From: Nitrospira sp.
GTDB taxonomy: Bacteria; Nitrospirota; Nitrospiria; Nitrospirales; Nitrospiraceae
Length of the DNA stretch: 62,688 bases
Assembly (NCBI GenBank): GCA_031405355.1
Contig: JANNIV010000266.1
Location: 1 to 62,688, forward strand
Reading direction: 5' to 3'
Both the position numbers and the translations under genes were made by a program. Below are positions 52,167 through 61,174 of the stretch, piece after piece (within the stretch, counting starts at the first letter, position 1; each line of letters begins with the position of its first letter). Under the pieces are notes generated by a model that saw only the letters and a program-made list of their open reading frames with translations, ran no database searches and was not told the origin of the DNA.

Positions 52167-53399
52167 ATGAGACCACAGACAACGCTGACATCGAACCCCA
52201 TGACCCAGCGCATGGCTCCGTCAACGAGAAGCGAACAGGCCTTGGAAGCAGGCAGGCCCGGTGCGCTTCGGATTTGCCACATAGCCTCAGGGGATTTGTG
52301 GGCAGGGGCAGAGGTGCAAACTGCCCAGCTCTTGACGGAGTTAAATAAGGACCCTGCCCTTCACGTGGAAGCGGTTCTGCTGAACAAGGGTGTGTTGTGC
52401 GACCGTCTTGCCGCCGAGGGAATCAAGACTCATTTGTTCGACGAGGGCCTGCTGGGTTCGTTTGAAATAGCGAGACGCCTCCATCGCTTCAACAAGGGCT
52501 GGCGGCCGGATGTGGTGCATACACATCGAATTAAGGAAAATTGTTTGGGTGGCTTGGCTGCGGCTTGTTCGAATGTTCCAGCAATTGTGCACACAGTCCA
52601 TGGTATCCAGGAGGCTCTTACCGGGTGGGAGCATGTGAAATGGAAGTGCTACTCCGCGGTGTCCAGTCAAGTCACAAGGGTAGTGGCTTCCGGGCTGATC
52701 GGCGTGTCGCTCGAAATCTCGTCGTTTCTGAGGGAGAAGTTTCCAAACGTACGAGTTACCTGTATCCATAATGGGATTATGAACGGCGTTCCGGGCGGAG
52801 CAAACGAGCCGGGCGTGACTCGAAACCACATGGGCCTTGCCAGCTCGGCTTTCGTTGTCGGACTCGTGGGGCGGCTATCTCCAGTAAAAGGAATCGAGTA
52901 CCTGCTCAGAGCAGTGTCCTTGCTTGTGAATGAGCAAGGGATGGAATCGATACAGGTTCTCATCATCGGAGGAGGGCCCCTACAGAGCTCCTTGGAAGCG
53001 CTCTCCGGCAGTCTTGGCATTGCCGCGCATGTCAAGTTTCTCGGGGAGCGGCATGATGTGCCAAGCCTCCTGAGCCTTCTCGATGTTTGTGTCATGCCTT
53101 CTCTCCATGAGGGGATCCCTATAGCGCTTCTCGAAGCCATGCGCGCCGGATGTCCCGTTATTGCTTCTGCTGTGGGAGGGATACCTGAAGTGATTCGGGA
53201 TGGGAAAGAGGGAATGCTGGTACCGTCCAAAGATCCAAAAGCCTTGGCTCAGGCCATCGGTGCGATGTATGCCTCGACGCCAGGCCGGGCGAGGTTTTCT
53301 CGCGCTGGACGAGAACGGGTGGCTGAGGCGTTCGGCTCGGAACGCATGGCATTGCGCACAAAGGACTTCTACCTCGACCTTCTCGGCCGACCAATGTAA
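52167..53399 (+). CDS. Family-4 glycosyltransferase
   Basis: HEGIPIALLEAMRAGCPVIASAVGGIPEVI. The N-terminal extension makes the start uncertain. Confidence 0.85.
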   Translation: MRPQTTLTSNPMTQRMAPSTRSEQALEAGRPGALRICHIASGDLWAGAEVQTAQLLTELNKDPALHVEAVLLNKGVLCDRLAAEGIKTHLFDEGLLGSFEIARRLHRFNKGWRPDVVHTHRIKENCLGGLAAACSNVPAIVHTVHGIQEALTGWEHVKWKCYSAVSSQVTRVVASGLIGVSLEISSFLREKFPNVRVTCIHNGIMNGVPGGANEPGVTRNHMGLASSAFVVGLVGRLSPVKGIEYLLRAVSLLVNEQGMESIQVLIIGGGPLQSSLEALSGSLGIAAHVKFLGERHDVPSLLSLLDVCVMPSLHEGIPIALLEAMRAGCPVIASAVGGIPEVIRDGKEGMLVPSKDPKALAQAIGAMYASTPGRARFSRAGRERVAEAFGSERMALRTKDFYLDLLGRPM

Positions 53400-53726
53400 C
53401 CCCCTCGTTTCCTGCCAAGCCGGTCTATCGATCTTCTTGCAATCTACCGACCATATTTCTTGCCGCCCTCGATGCTCTCGTGAACTGACACAGGGGCTCT
53501 GTGCCCTCGCTCGCCCACACGCAGGCTCGCGAATTTTCATGGGTCGGTACAGGGTACGCTCGAAAGGACGATTAAATTTTGCTTGCAGCATCAGTTGAAG
53601 CAAAATAGCGGTTGCGACAGATTCCCGACCCGCAACTCCTTCTGAGGGGCACAAACCGAGCATGACCTGTCGGGTATGAGCGTAAGGAAAGACTCGGTTG
53701 GAACCTTCCATATTGGCATCGATGTC

Positions 53727-53829
53727 AACAAGGCCGCAGGGAGCGAAGACTGGAGGCGTACCCTCTGGGGTACGTTGAGGGTCTGAGCAATACGAGAACG
53801 TTGCAGGCGGACTATTTCAGCATCCGGCT
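53727..53829. mobile_element. MITE-like element, family 2, copy 3 (left end truncated)
   Basis: CAAGGCCGCAGGGAGCGAAGACTGGAGGCGTACCC-TCTG-GGGTACGTTGAGGGTCTGAGCAATACGAGAACG...GGACTATTTCAGCATCC. Collinear with 18946-19040. Confidence 0.75.
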
Positions 53830-53905
53830 AAAAGTGGGAAATGTGGCCGGTTAGTGATTGCAACTGCGACTGAGAAGCCGAAAACGGTGGAGAACGCTGG
53901 CTGAT

Positions 53906-55111
53906 ATGATTATCTGTCACATCTGGGATGCTGACTATCCGTGGGACGTCCGAGTCGAAAAGATCTGCGACTCGTTGGCCAAGAAACATGAAGTGCATCT
54001 TGTATGCAGGAACTCAAAACGCAGGCCGCGATATGAGTACGCCAAGAGCTTTCACATACATCGCTTGCCGTTCGTATCCGAGCGATTCGGCAGTCTTAAT
54101 CATCTGATCGGATTTCCCGCGTTCTTCAATCCATTCTGGATCTATTCAATCTGGAGAACCATCAAGCGAACCAAGGCAGAGGCGATTCTCGTCCGGGATC
54201 TCCCTCTGGCCTGGACGGCTCTGGGCATCGGGCGCCTTCTCGGCCTTCCTGTGGTACTCGATATGGCTGAGAATTACCCGGCGATGATCAAGGATCTGTG
54301 GGACCGCCAGGGATTTTCATTCGTAAATTTCTTGGTTCGTAATCCGGCCGTTATCGGATTGATTGAGCGTACCACCGTCCGTTGGTGCGACCATATCCTG
54401 GCAGTGGTCGAGGAGTCTCGTGATCGCCTGATTGCGCTCGGGGTTGATCCCGCAAGGGTTTCATTGGTGATTAATACGCCAACCTTGGCCCGTTGGACTG
54501 AGCCGCTTCGCGATGGTGGAGTCAGAGTGTCGCGAGGCCCGCAGAGTCTCGTGCTTGTGTATCTGGGATTGTTGGAATGGGCGCGCGGGATTGAGACGGC
54601 CATTCGAGCGATTCAACCGGTACGGGAACGTCTCCCTGGAGTGAAACTGGTGATTGTGGGATCAGGCCGGCATGAAGGCGATTTTAAGCGGCTCGTAGAT
54701 CAGCTGAAGTTGCAAGATTCCGTGCAGTTTCTGGGATGGCTCGACTATTCCAAGGCGATCGAGGTGATCAGAGAGTCAGATGTGGGGCTGGTGCCGCACC
54801 ATGCCACTGAGAGCTGGAACACCACGATTCCCAACAAGCTCTTCGATTACATGTCGATGGGGAAGCCGGTACTCGTGTCGAACGCAAAACCGACGGAACG
54901 GATTGTTCGGGAAGAGCGATGTGGAATCGTGTTCAAAGAGAGAGACGCGGAGGACCTGGCCCGTGCAATTCTCGCATTGGAACACAAAGCCGCCAGGGAA
55001 GAAATGGGTCGATGTGGCAGAGACTCTGTCGCCAAGAGATATAACTGGGCGGTAGATGAGGAACGGCTTCTCCGGGGGCTGAACATCGCCGCAGAGAGCA
55101 GGAATCGATAA
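53906..55111 (+). CDS. Family-4 glycosyltransferase
   Basis: MIICHIWDADYPWDVRVEKI N-terminus. ESWNTTIPNKLFDYMSMGKPVLVS is the GT4 C-terminal signature. Confidence 0.85.
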   Translation: MIICHIWDADYPWDVRVEKICDSLAKKHEVHLVCRNSKRRPRYEYAKSFHIHRLPFVSERFGSLNHLIGFPAFFNPFWIYSIWRTIKRTKAEAILVRDLPLAWTALGIGRLLGLPVVLDMAENYPAMIKDLWDRQGFSFVNFLVRNPAVIGLIERTTVRWCDHILAVVEESRDRLIALGVDPARVSLVINTPTLARWTEPLRDGGVRVSRGPQSLVLVYLGLLEWARGIETAIRAIQPVRERLPGVKLVIVGSGRHEGDFKRLVDQLKLQDSVQFLGWLDYSKAIEVIRESDVGLVPHHATESWNTTIPNKLFDYMSMGKPVLVSNAKPTERIVREERCGIVFKERDAEDLARAILALEHKAAREEMGRCGRDSVAKRYNWAVDEERLLRGLNIAAESRNR

Positions 55112-55113
55112 CT

Positions 55114-57012
55114 ATGTGTGGCATCGTCGGCATAAGGGACATGCGAGGACGGGCAGTGGCTCCTTCCTGGATCGACTCGATGAACGATTCGATCGTCCAT
55201 CGTGGCCCGGACGACAGTGGAAGCTATGTGAACCGGGGAATTGGAATCGGGATGCGTCGCCTCTCGATCATCGACGTCGCCGGCGGCAAGCAGCCGGTTT
55301 ACAATGAGGATAAGAGTATCTGGGTCGTGTTTAACGGAGAGATCTACAATCATCGTGAGTTGCGAAAGGATCTTGAGGGCGCCGGGCACCGGTTTTATAC
55401 CCATAGCGATTCCGAAACGATAGTCCACCTCTACGAGCAATATGGGGTAGAAGGGGTCTCGATGCTGAGGGGAATGTTTGCCTATGCCCTCTGGGATGGG
55501 AACGCTGAACGGCTACTGTTAGCGCGGGATCGAATTGGAATCAAACCTCTGTTTTATTCCGTCGTCGACGGACGGTTAGTGTTTGCCTCTGAGCTGAAGG
55601 CGTTTTTCCGGCTCCCCTGGTTTACGTCCGATGTGAATCAGTCCGCGGTTCACCGATTTCTTGCCTACCTCTACATTCCTGGGCCCGAGACGATTTATCA
55701 GAACATTGTCGAGCTTCCACCGGCTCACACGCTGGTGTGCGAACGCGGACAAATATCGATTAAGCGGTATTGGAGCTTGCAGTTCCGATCGCAACCGATC
55801 GTGTCGATTCAGGAATGGGAGGAGCGCTTTCTTGCACAGTTTAGAGATAGCGTGAAAAGCCATCTCATCAGCGAGGTGCCCCTCGGCGCGTTCCTGTCGG
55901 GAGGGATCGATTCAAGCGCCATTGTGGGTGTGATGGCGCAGGAGTCGACAAAACCGGTGTTGACGTTTTCAATCGGCCATGAAGGGAAGGGATCGTTTCA
56001 AGATGAACGGGCGTTTGCGCGAATCGTAGCGGAACGATTTCAGACCGAGCATCACGAATTCGTGGTGACCACGGATATCAAGGATCTCTTGCCGAAGCTG
56101 GTGGCCTGCTTCGATCAGCCGTTTGCAGACTCTTCCGCTATCCCGAACTACTATGTAAGCCAGATGACGAGGCAGCACGTGACCGTCGCGCTGTCCGGAT
56201 TGGGAGGGGATGAAATAGGCGGTGGCTACGAACGGTATATCGGCATGCTGTGGGCTGAAGTCTTTAGGAGACTTCCACCTTCGATGCGCGCGGTTCTTGG
56301 AGAGAAATGGGCGCATCTGCTTCCGGACGTCGCAACGGGACACCCCTGGATGAGCCGACTCAAGCGATTTCTTGCTGCGGCTGAAAAGTCGCCCGCAGCT
56401 CGATATGCGGCGTTCATCACGGCGTTTTCCGAGAAGGAGCGGGAGAGTCTGTTGCACAAAGATTTCTTGGGCAGCCAGACTCTTGTGAGTCCTGAAAGTC
56501 TGGTTGCCGATCTATTTGATTCAGGCGATGCCGACGGATTGCTGCATAGTCTGTTGCTTAGTGACATGCACCTGTACCTTCCTGGAGACCTCCTCACGCT
56601 GACGGACCGAGTGAGTATGTACCACTCGCTCGAGGTGCGAGTGCCGTTTCTCGATCATCCGCTGGTCGAGCTTATGGCCCAAATTCCCCCTCGCTACAAG
56701 ACATCTCTGAGCTCCAAGAAGATTCTGTTTAAGCAGGCATTCCGAGACTTGCTTCCTTCGAATATCTTGCACCGTAAGAAGCTTGGGTTTTCTGTGCCGC
56801 TCGGGCTCTGGCTCCGTACAGATCTCAAGCCGATGATGTGCGACATTCTTTCAGATCACATCATCAAGGACATCGGGTTTCTCAATGTGGCCGAGGTGCA
56901 ACGAATTGTGTCCGAACATATTGCGGGAGATGCCAATCATGAGAACAAGCTGTGGGCTTTGATTAACCTGGTCTCCTGGTGGCGAGATGTTCGCCGACCC
57001 CACTCAAGCTAA
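55114..57012 (+). CDS. Asparagine synthase-type glutamine amidotransferase (AsnB family), copy 2
   Basis: MCGIVGI, HRGPDD, RRLSIIDV and the SGGIDSS PP-loop. Starts 3 nt after the previous stop. Confidence 0.92.
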   Translation: MCGIVGIRDMRGRAVAPSWIDSMNDSIVHRGPDDSGSYVNRGIGIGMRRLSIIDVAGGKQPVYNEDKSIWVVFNGEIYNHRELRKDLEGAGHRFYTHSDSETIVHLYEQYGVEGVSMLRGMFAYALWDGNAERLLLARDRIGIKPLFYSVVDGRLVFASELKAFFRLPWFTSDVNQSAVHRFLAYLYIPGPETIYQNIVELPPAHTLVCERGQISIKRYWSLQFRSQPIVSIQEWEERFLAQFRDSVKSHLISEVPLGAFLSGGIDSSAIVGVMAQESTKPVLTFSIGHEGKGSFQDERAFARIVAERFQTEHHEFVVTTDIKDLLPKLVACFDQPFADSSAIPNYYVSQMTRQHVTVALSGLGGDEIGGGYERYIGMLWAEVFRRLPPSMRAVLGEKWAHLLPDVATGHPWMSRLKRFLAAAEKSPAARYAAFITAFSEKERESLLHKDFLGSQTLVSPESLVADLFDSGDADGLLHSLLLSDMHLYLPGDLLTLTDRVSMYHSLEVRVPFLDHPLVELMAQIPPRYKTSLSSKKILFKQAFRDLLPSNILHRKKLGFSVPLGLWLRTDLKPMMCDILSDHIIKDIGFLNVAEVQRIVSEHIAGDANHENKLWALINLVSWWRDVRRPHSS

Positions 57013-57035
57013 GTCCGGAATCGGAGCATATCCCG

Positions 57036-58190
57036 GTGAACAAGAAGTATGGCGTCGCGGTCGTGGCAGTCACGCTCCTCACAGCATTAGGCGTCGCGGT
57101 CGTTCTCTGCGAACTGCTGCTTCGATTCCTTTATCCCCAGACCTTGGGCGTATGGGGTCAGACTCGAGACGGGCTTATTTTGTTGAGGCCGACGTTTGAT
57201 GTGTATCTGGAAAAGTTCGGCACGCACGTGCAGACGAACTCCCATGGATTTCGAGACGGGGAGCACGATCTAGGCAAGAGCGAGGGCACGCTTCGAATTC
57301 TCTTACTGGGCGATTCATTTATGGAAGCCCTTCAAGTCGAGTTCGCGGATGCGTTTCCGTCCCTGCTCGAAACACAGTTGCGTTCGCTCTTAGGTTGCCA
57401 AGTTGAAGTCATCAACGCAGGCGTTAGCGGCTGGGGAACCGACGACGAGGTCACCTACTTAATAAGAAAGGGGAGGGAGTTCCATCCGGATATCGTCCTC
57501 TTTGCTGTCACGCTTCACAACGATATTAGCGATAATCTAGAAGGACGGTATCATACGGAGGAAGAGGGGAAGCTCATCGATAAACCGCTTCTTGTAACAC
57601 CAATGTTGACTCACCTGGGTCTTGAAGTACGCAGCTATCTGGCGTCCCATTCACATCTCTATCAGATCGCATATCAATCGTGGAAGTCTGTAGGGCGGCC
57701 GAGCGCCGGGGTGCGTTTGACCAATCACGTCATCGAGCTGATGCGAAACGACCAAAGCGATGAAGTTAAACGGGGATGGTGGATCACTCAAAGGTTGCTT
57801 GAGAAGGCGGGCAGATTGGCTAGGACAAACGGGTTTAACCTAGCCATGTTCATTATTCCTACAATCTATGCGGCAGACAGTGGGTCATATTCAGAATTAA
57901 TCTCGACGCAACGGTTGGCCGCCAGTGATTTTAATCGGGAGAAACCGGTTGAGACGGTGTTGGATATTTTAGCGCAGGAAGGCATCTGGTCGATCAACCT
58001 GCTGCCAGAGTTCCGATCTCGAAGTACTGCTCCAGGCCAGCAGTTCTACATTCCGGGTGATGGGCATTTCAACAAAGAGGGACATGAGCTGGCTGTGTCC
58101 ATAGTCAGTAGAGAGTTGGCTGGCAAGATAAGGGAGTGGGGCAACGCCGATCAGTGCCACCCAAATAAATTGATGGCGACAGGGAAATGA
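57036..58190 (+). CDS. SGNH/GDSL hydrolase-family protein, membrane-anchored (paralog 4)
   Basis: GTG 57036 (the track ORF opens at 56979 inside asnB-2). RILLLGDSFMEA is block I. Also AVTLHNDI and GDGHFNKEGH (DxxH). Confidence 0.7.
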   Translation: MNKKYGVAVVAVTLLTALGVAVVLCELLLRFLYPQTLGVWGQTRDGLILLRPTFDVYLEKFGTHVQTNSHGFRDGEHDLGKSEGTLRILLLGDSFMEALQVEFADAFPSLLETQLRSLLGCQVEVINAGVSGWGTDDEVTYLIRKGREFHPDIVLFAVTLHNDISDNLEGRYHTEEEGKLIDKPLLVTPMLTHLGLEVRSYLASHSHLYQIAYQSWKSVGRPSAGVRLTNHVIELMRNDQSDEVKRGWWITQRLLEKAGRLARTNGFNLAMFIIPTIYAADSGSYSELISTQRLAASDFNREKPVETVLDILAQEGIWSINLLPEFRSRSTAPGQQFYIPGDGHFNKEGHELAVSIVSRELAGKIREWGNADQCHPNKLMATGK

Positions 58191-58253
58191 CTGTACAGCA
58201 AATCCTGGCACAAGGCTTCTGGAAGGACAAAGAGTCAATTTCGAACCGTAGTC

Positions 58254-59249
58254 TTACGGAACAGTGATCTTCGCTCCTGTCGGCATTGCCGGCGATGTGG
58301 TATCGCCACTGGCGCTGCGTATCGGCCCTACGCGCCTGGTCGCCACCACCACTTGATCGTTATAGACCTCGCCCTTGCATGGCTTATTGCCAGAGACCGG
58401 ACACCAATTCTCCTGGTGAAAGTCGCAGCACTTGATGGCCGCAGTGCGCAAATTGAGCGTGTTCACCCTGAGCCGTAATGTCCCAGATCCGGTGCAGCTC
58501 AGGCCGTCTGTGCCGCAGTCGTCGGCCCAAATCTCGACAAGGCCTGTCTTCGACCCAACGGGATTCAACTTCAGATGCACTTCGAAGTAGTGCCAGTGCC
58601 CGGGGAGAAAGCAGAAGGGTGTCCCTTGATTCTGCGCCACACGAATATCGTCCTTCCACGCATGGATGTCGAAACAGGGAGATCCGAACGGTGTATTGAT
58701 AAGTAATATCTGGGTACTGGCATTGTTCGCGTCGGCTTGGTAAAAAATCAGCTTCTCGTGGCCAAATTCATAGTCTGCGGAAAACTTGATATAGACGCGG
58801 TGATAGATCTCATCGTAGCCGGTTACGACTTGGGGGCCTAACAAATGAAATCCCTGGCCTTGCGCCGCGCCGCCTGACCGCCACGTCGAGGTGGAGGTGC
58901 AGTTCGTCCCGACGGCTCCCTTCTGCCCGCAACGACCATACGATTGCTGCAGGGGATCTGTGTGGTAGATGCTGCCCCACCAGCCGTTGTTGAGCGGGTT
59001 TGATCGGCCTCCTGCCGTGTCGGCATTCGTGACATACCAGGTACCGTCCTCGAAATCGTCGCACATCAGTACCGTGGGGTCGGAGCCGTTACATTGAGGC
59101 TCCGCCGAGTTCAAGAACATATGGGCCGATGCTGAGTTGACCGCGATGAAGAGCGGTGGAACGAGCAGCATCAGGCCGATGACTAACAGCAAAGGCCATC
59201 GGCTCATTCGGGCACAGGGGTCTCGTTCGTGGCCGTCCAGGTTGTTCAT
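58254..59249 (-). CDS. Secreted Cys-rich protein, concanavalin-like fold; putative polysaccharide lyase/glycanase
   Basis: AAGGAG lies 9 nt before ATG 59249. Has an N-terminal signal/anchor (RWPLLLVIGLMLLVPPLFIAVNSASA). GHWHYFEVHLKLNPVGSKTGLVEIWADD resembles the jelly-roll core of the Polysacc_lyase/LamG-like families. About 15 cysteines. Confidence 0.5.
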   Translation of the reverse strand: MNNLDGHERDPCARMSRWPLLLVIGLMLLVPPLFIAVNSASAHMFLNSAEPQCNGSDPTVLMCDDFEDGTWYVTNADTAGGRSNPLNNGWWGSIYHTDPLQQSYGRCGQKGAVGTNCTSTSTWRSGGAAQGQGFHLLGPQVVTGYDEIYHRVYIKFSADYEFGHEKLIFYQADANNASTQILLINTPFGSPCFDIHAWKDDIRVAQNQGTPFCFLPGHWHYFEVHLKLNPVGSKTGLVEIWADDCGTDGLSCTGSGTLRLRVNTLNLRTAAIKCCDFHQENWCPVSGNKPCKGEVYNDQVVVATRRVGPIRSASGDTTSPAMPTGAKITVP

Positions 59250-59980
59250 GTCAGACATCTCCTTGTAAGTGGAACCCACTCGTCACGCTGTTGAATCCGT
59301 CACATACGGTTTCAGTTCCATACCTGCCGGCTTGTCTGTAGTCAGCCCTTCCAGTTCCTTATCTCATCCCTACGACTCTACCGGAAACGGTTGACATGGT
59401 GAGGCCGGCAAGGCCGCTGCCGCCGTGGTGGTACGTCTCAGGCAGGGTGACAGCCGAGGCTCCGCTAGCGTTCCCCGTTACGGTACTATTATAGGTGTCG
59501 ACCGTCAACATTTCGTCACACTTTCGGTTATGGCTCCGTTGGCTGTGTGGGGCGCTGGACTAAGGGGCAGTCGGGTTGCGCCATCACTGGCATTCCCGCT
59601 CAAGGCTTCTCACCGATGTTGATGTGCTGTGCCAGTGGAGAGAATGAGCAAAAGGGGTGCCCAGGCTTCACGCGGGACGGATCGGCTCTGAAATTTTGAA
59701 TTAATATGTCAAAACAATAGCTTGAGATATTCAACCTCCATCATATGTGGGCGAAGGAGAGACAGAACGAGTGAATATACAATGGAAAGAGGTGTTTACC
59801 TGAAGGCTCCAGGCTATACATGATGCGGGAAAATACGAATCGGGCCATTCAACAGCCTTCCAGTTTCTACGACCGTTGGGTTTCCAAACGTCCAGCCTAT
59901 CTACTTGAATAGGTCCATCAATAACTCCGAGAATTTTCATGGTATTTGCGATGCGAGAAGCGTAAAAGAAGATCCATCAT

Positions 59981-60985
59981 ATGCGTATTCTTATTACAGG
60001 CGGAGCCGGGTTTCTTGGAAGTCATCTCTCCGATGTGTTGGTGCAGTCTGGACATTCCGTGATCTGCATGGACAACCTCCTTACCGGACGGGTCGAGAAT
60101 ATCGCTCACCTGATCGGGCAGGAGCGATTTTCTTTTGTCAAATACAATGTGTGCGATTATGTGCATGTGGAGGGTCCGCTGGACGCGGTTATGCATTTCG
60201 CCTCGCCTGCGAGCCCGCAAGACTACCTCGAATTTCCTATTGCCACGCTGAAGGTTGGCGCCTTAGGCACGCATAAAGTTCTTGGACTCGCCAAGGCAAA
60301 GGGGGCGCGGTTTCTCTTGGCCAGCACGTCGGAAGTCTATGGGGACCCGTTGGTGAATCCTCAGCCTGAATCCTATTGGGGCAACGTCAACCCCCTCAGC
60401 CCCCGTGGCGTATACGACGAGGCCAAGCGTTTTGCAGAAGCCCTCACGATGGCCTACCATCGCTATCATGCGGTCGATACCAGAATCGTTCGCATCTTCA
60501 ATACGTTCGGGCCGCGCATGAGGCCGAATGACGGACGCGTCGTGTCGACCTTCATCGTTCAGGCGCTGCAAGGGAAACCGTTGAGCGTCTTCGGCGATGG
60601 ATCTCAGACCAGGAGTTTCTGCTACGTGGACGACTTGGTCCGCGGGATCACCGGGTTACTGCTTCTGGAATCAGATAGGACAGTCGAACAACGGACCGAT
60701 CGCAAGTTCCTCATGACGCAAAAGAAGGACGCCAACGATACCAGCATGCACGATCCTGTGAATATCGGGAACCCACAAGAACTGACGGTCCTAGAGATCG
60801 CAAAATTGGTGTTGAAACTCACCAACTCAGCAAGCCTCATCACCTACCATCCGTTGCCCGCCGATGATCCCAAGGTCAGACGCCCCGATATCAGTCGGGC
60901 TCGTACTCTCCTGAAATGGGAGCCTCAGGTACAGTTGGAAGATGCCCTCATACGCACGATCGACTACTTCAAGAAAGTGATCTAG
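59981..60985 (+). CDS. UDP-glucuronate decarboxylase (UDP-xylose synthase), extended SDR
   Basis: [58 protein letters not shown]. Confidence 0.92.
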   Translation: MRILITGGAGFLGSHLSDVLVQSGHSVICMDNLLTGRVENIAHLIGQERFSFVKYNVCDYVHVEGPLDAVMHFASPASPQDYLEFPIATLKVGALGTHKVLGLAKAKGARFLLASTSEVYGDPLVNPQPESYWGNVNPLSPRGVYDEAKRFAEALTMAYHRYHAVDTRIVRIFNTFGPRMRPNDGRVVSTFIVQALQGKPLSVFGDGSQTRSFCYVDDLVRGITGLLLLESDRTVEQRTDRKFLMTQKKDANDTSMHDPVNIGNPQELTVLEIAKLVLKLTNSASLITYHPLPADDPKVRRPDISRARTLLKWEPQVQLEDALIRTIDYFKKVI

Positions 60986-61000
60986 CAGCATAAGAATGCC

Positions 61001-61096
61001 GTTGTCTGGTCTATCTGGTTTGTTTGGTTGATTTGGTTCATCTGGTTAGTTTCGTTCAACCAAAAAACCAAACAAACCAAATCAACCAGATCAACC
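61001..61096. repeat. 9-bp-periodic palindromic array (6 + 4 units), distal copy
   Basis: (GTTGTCT) GGTCTATCT GGTTTGTTT GGTTGATTT GGTTCATCT GGTTAGTTT CGTTCAACC | AAAAAACC AAACAAACC AAATCAACC AGATCAACC. Lies between the UXS gene and proA. Confidence 0.9.
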
Positions 61097-61174
61097 CTCC
61101 TCCCTGCCTTGACCGCGTTGAAACTCCCGCTGTATCCTGTTCCCGTCCCAACGTCATGAGGTAAGGGTCTTTTT

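Noticed and set aside
53400-53726. About 330 bp of non-coding DNA after the GT4 gene, with an 8-bp stem (TTTTGCTT...AAGCAAAA, 53577-53605) and a 100-codon minus-strand frame
   Set aside because: No T-tract follows the hairpin on either strand. The ORF continues antisense into the GT4 gene and has no recognisable motif. The evidence is insufficient for a terminator, sRNA or pseudogene call.
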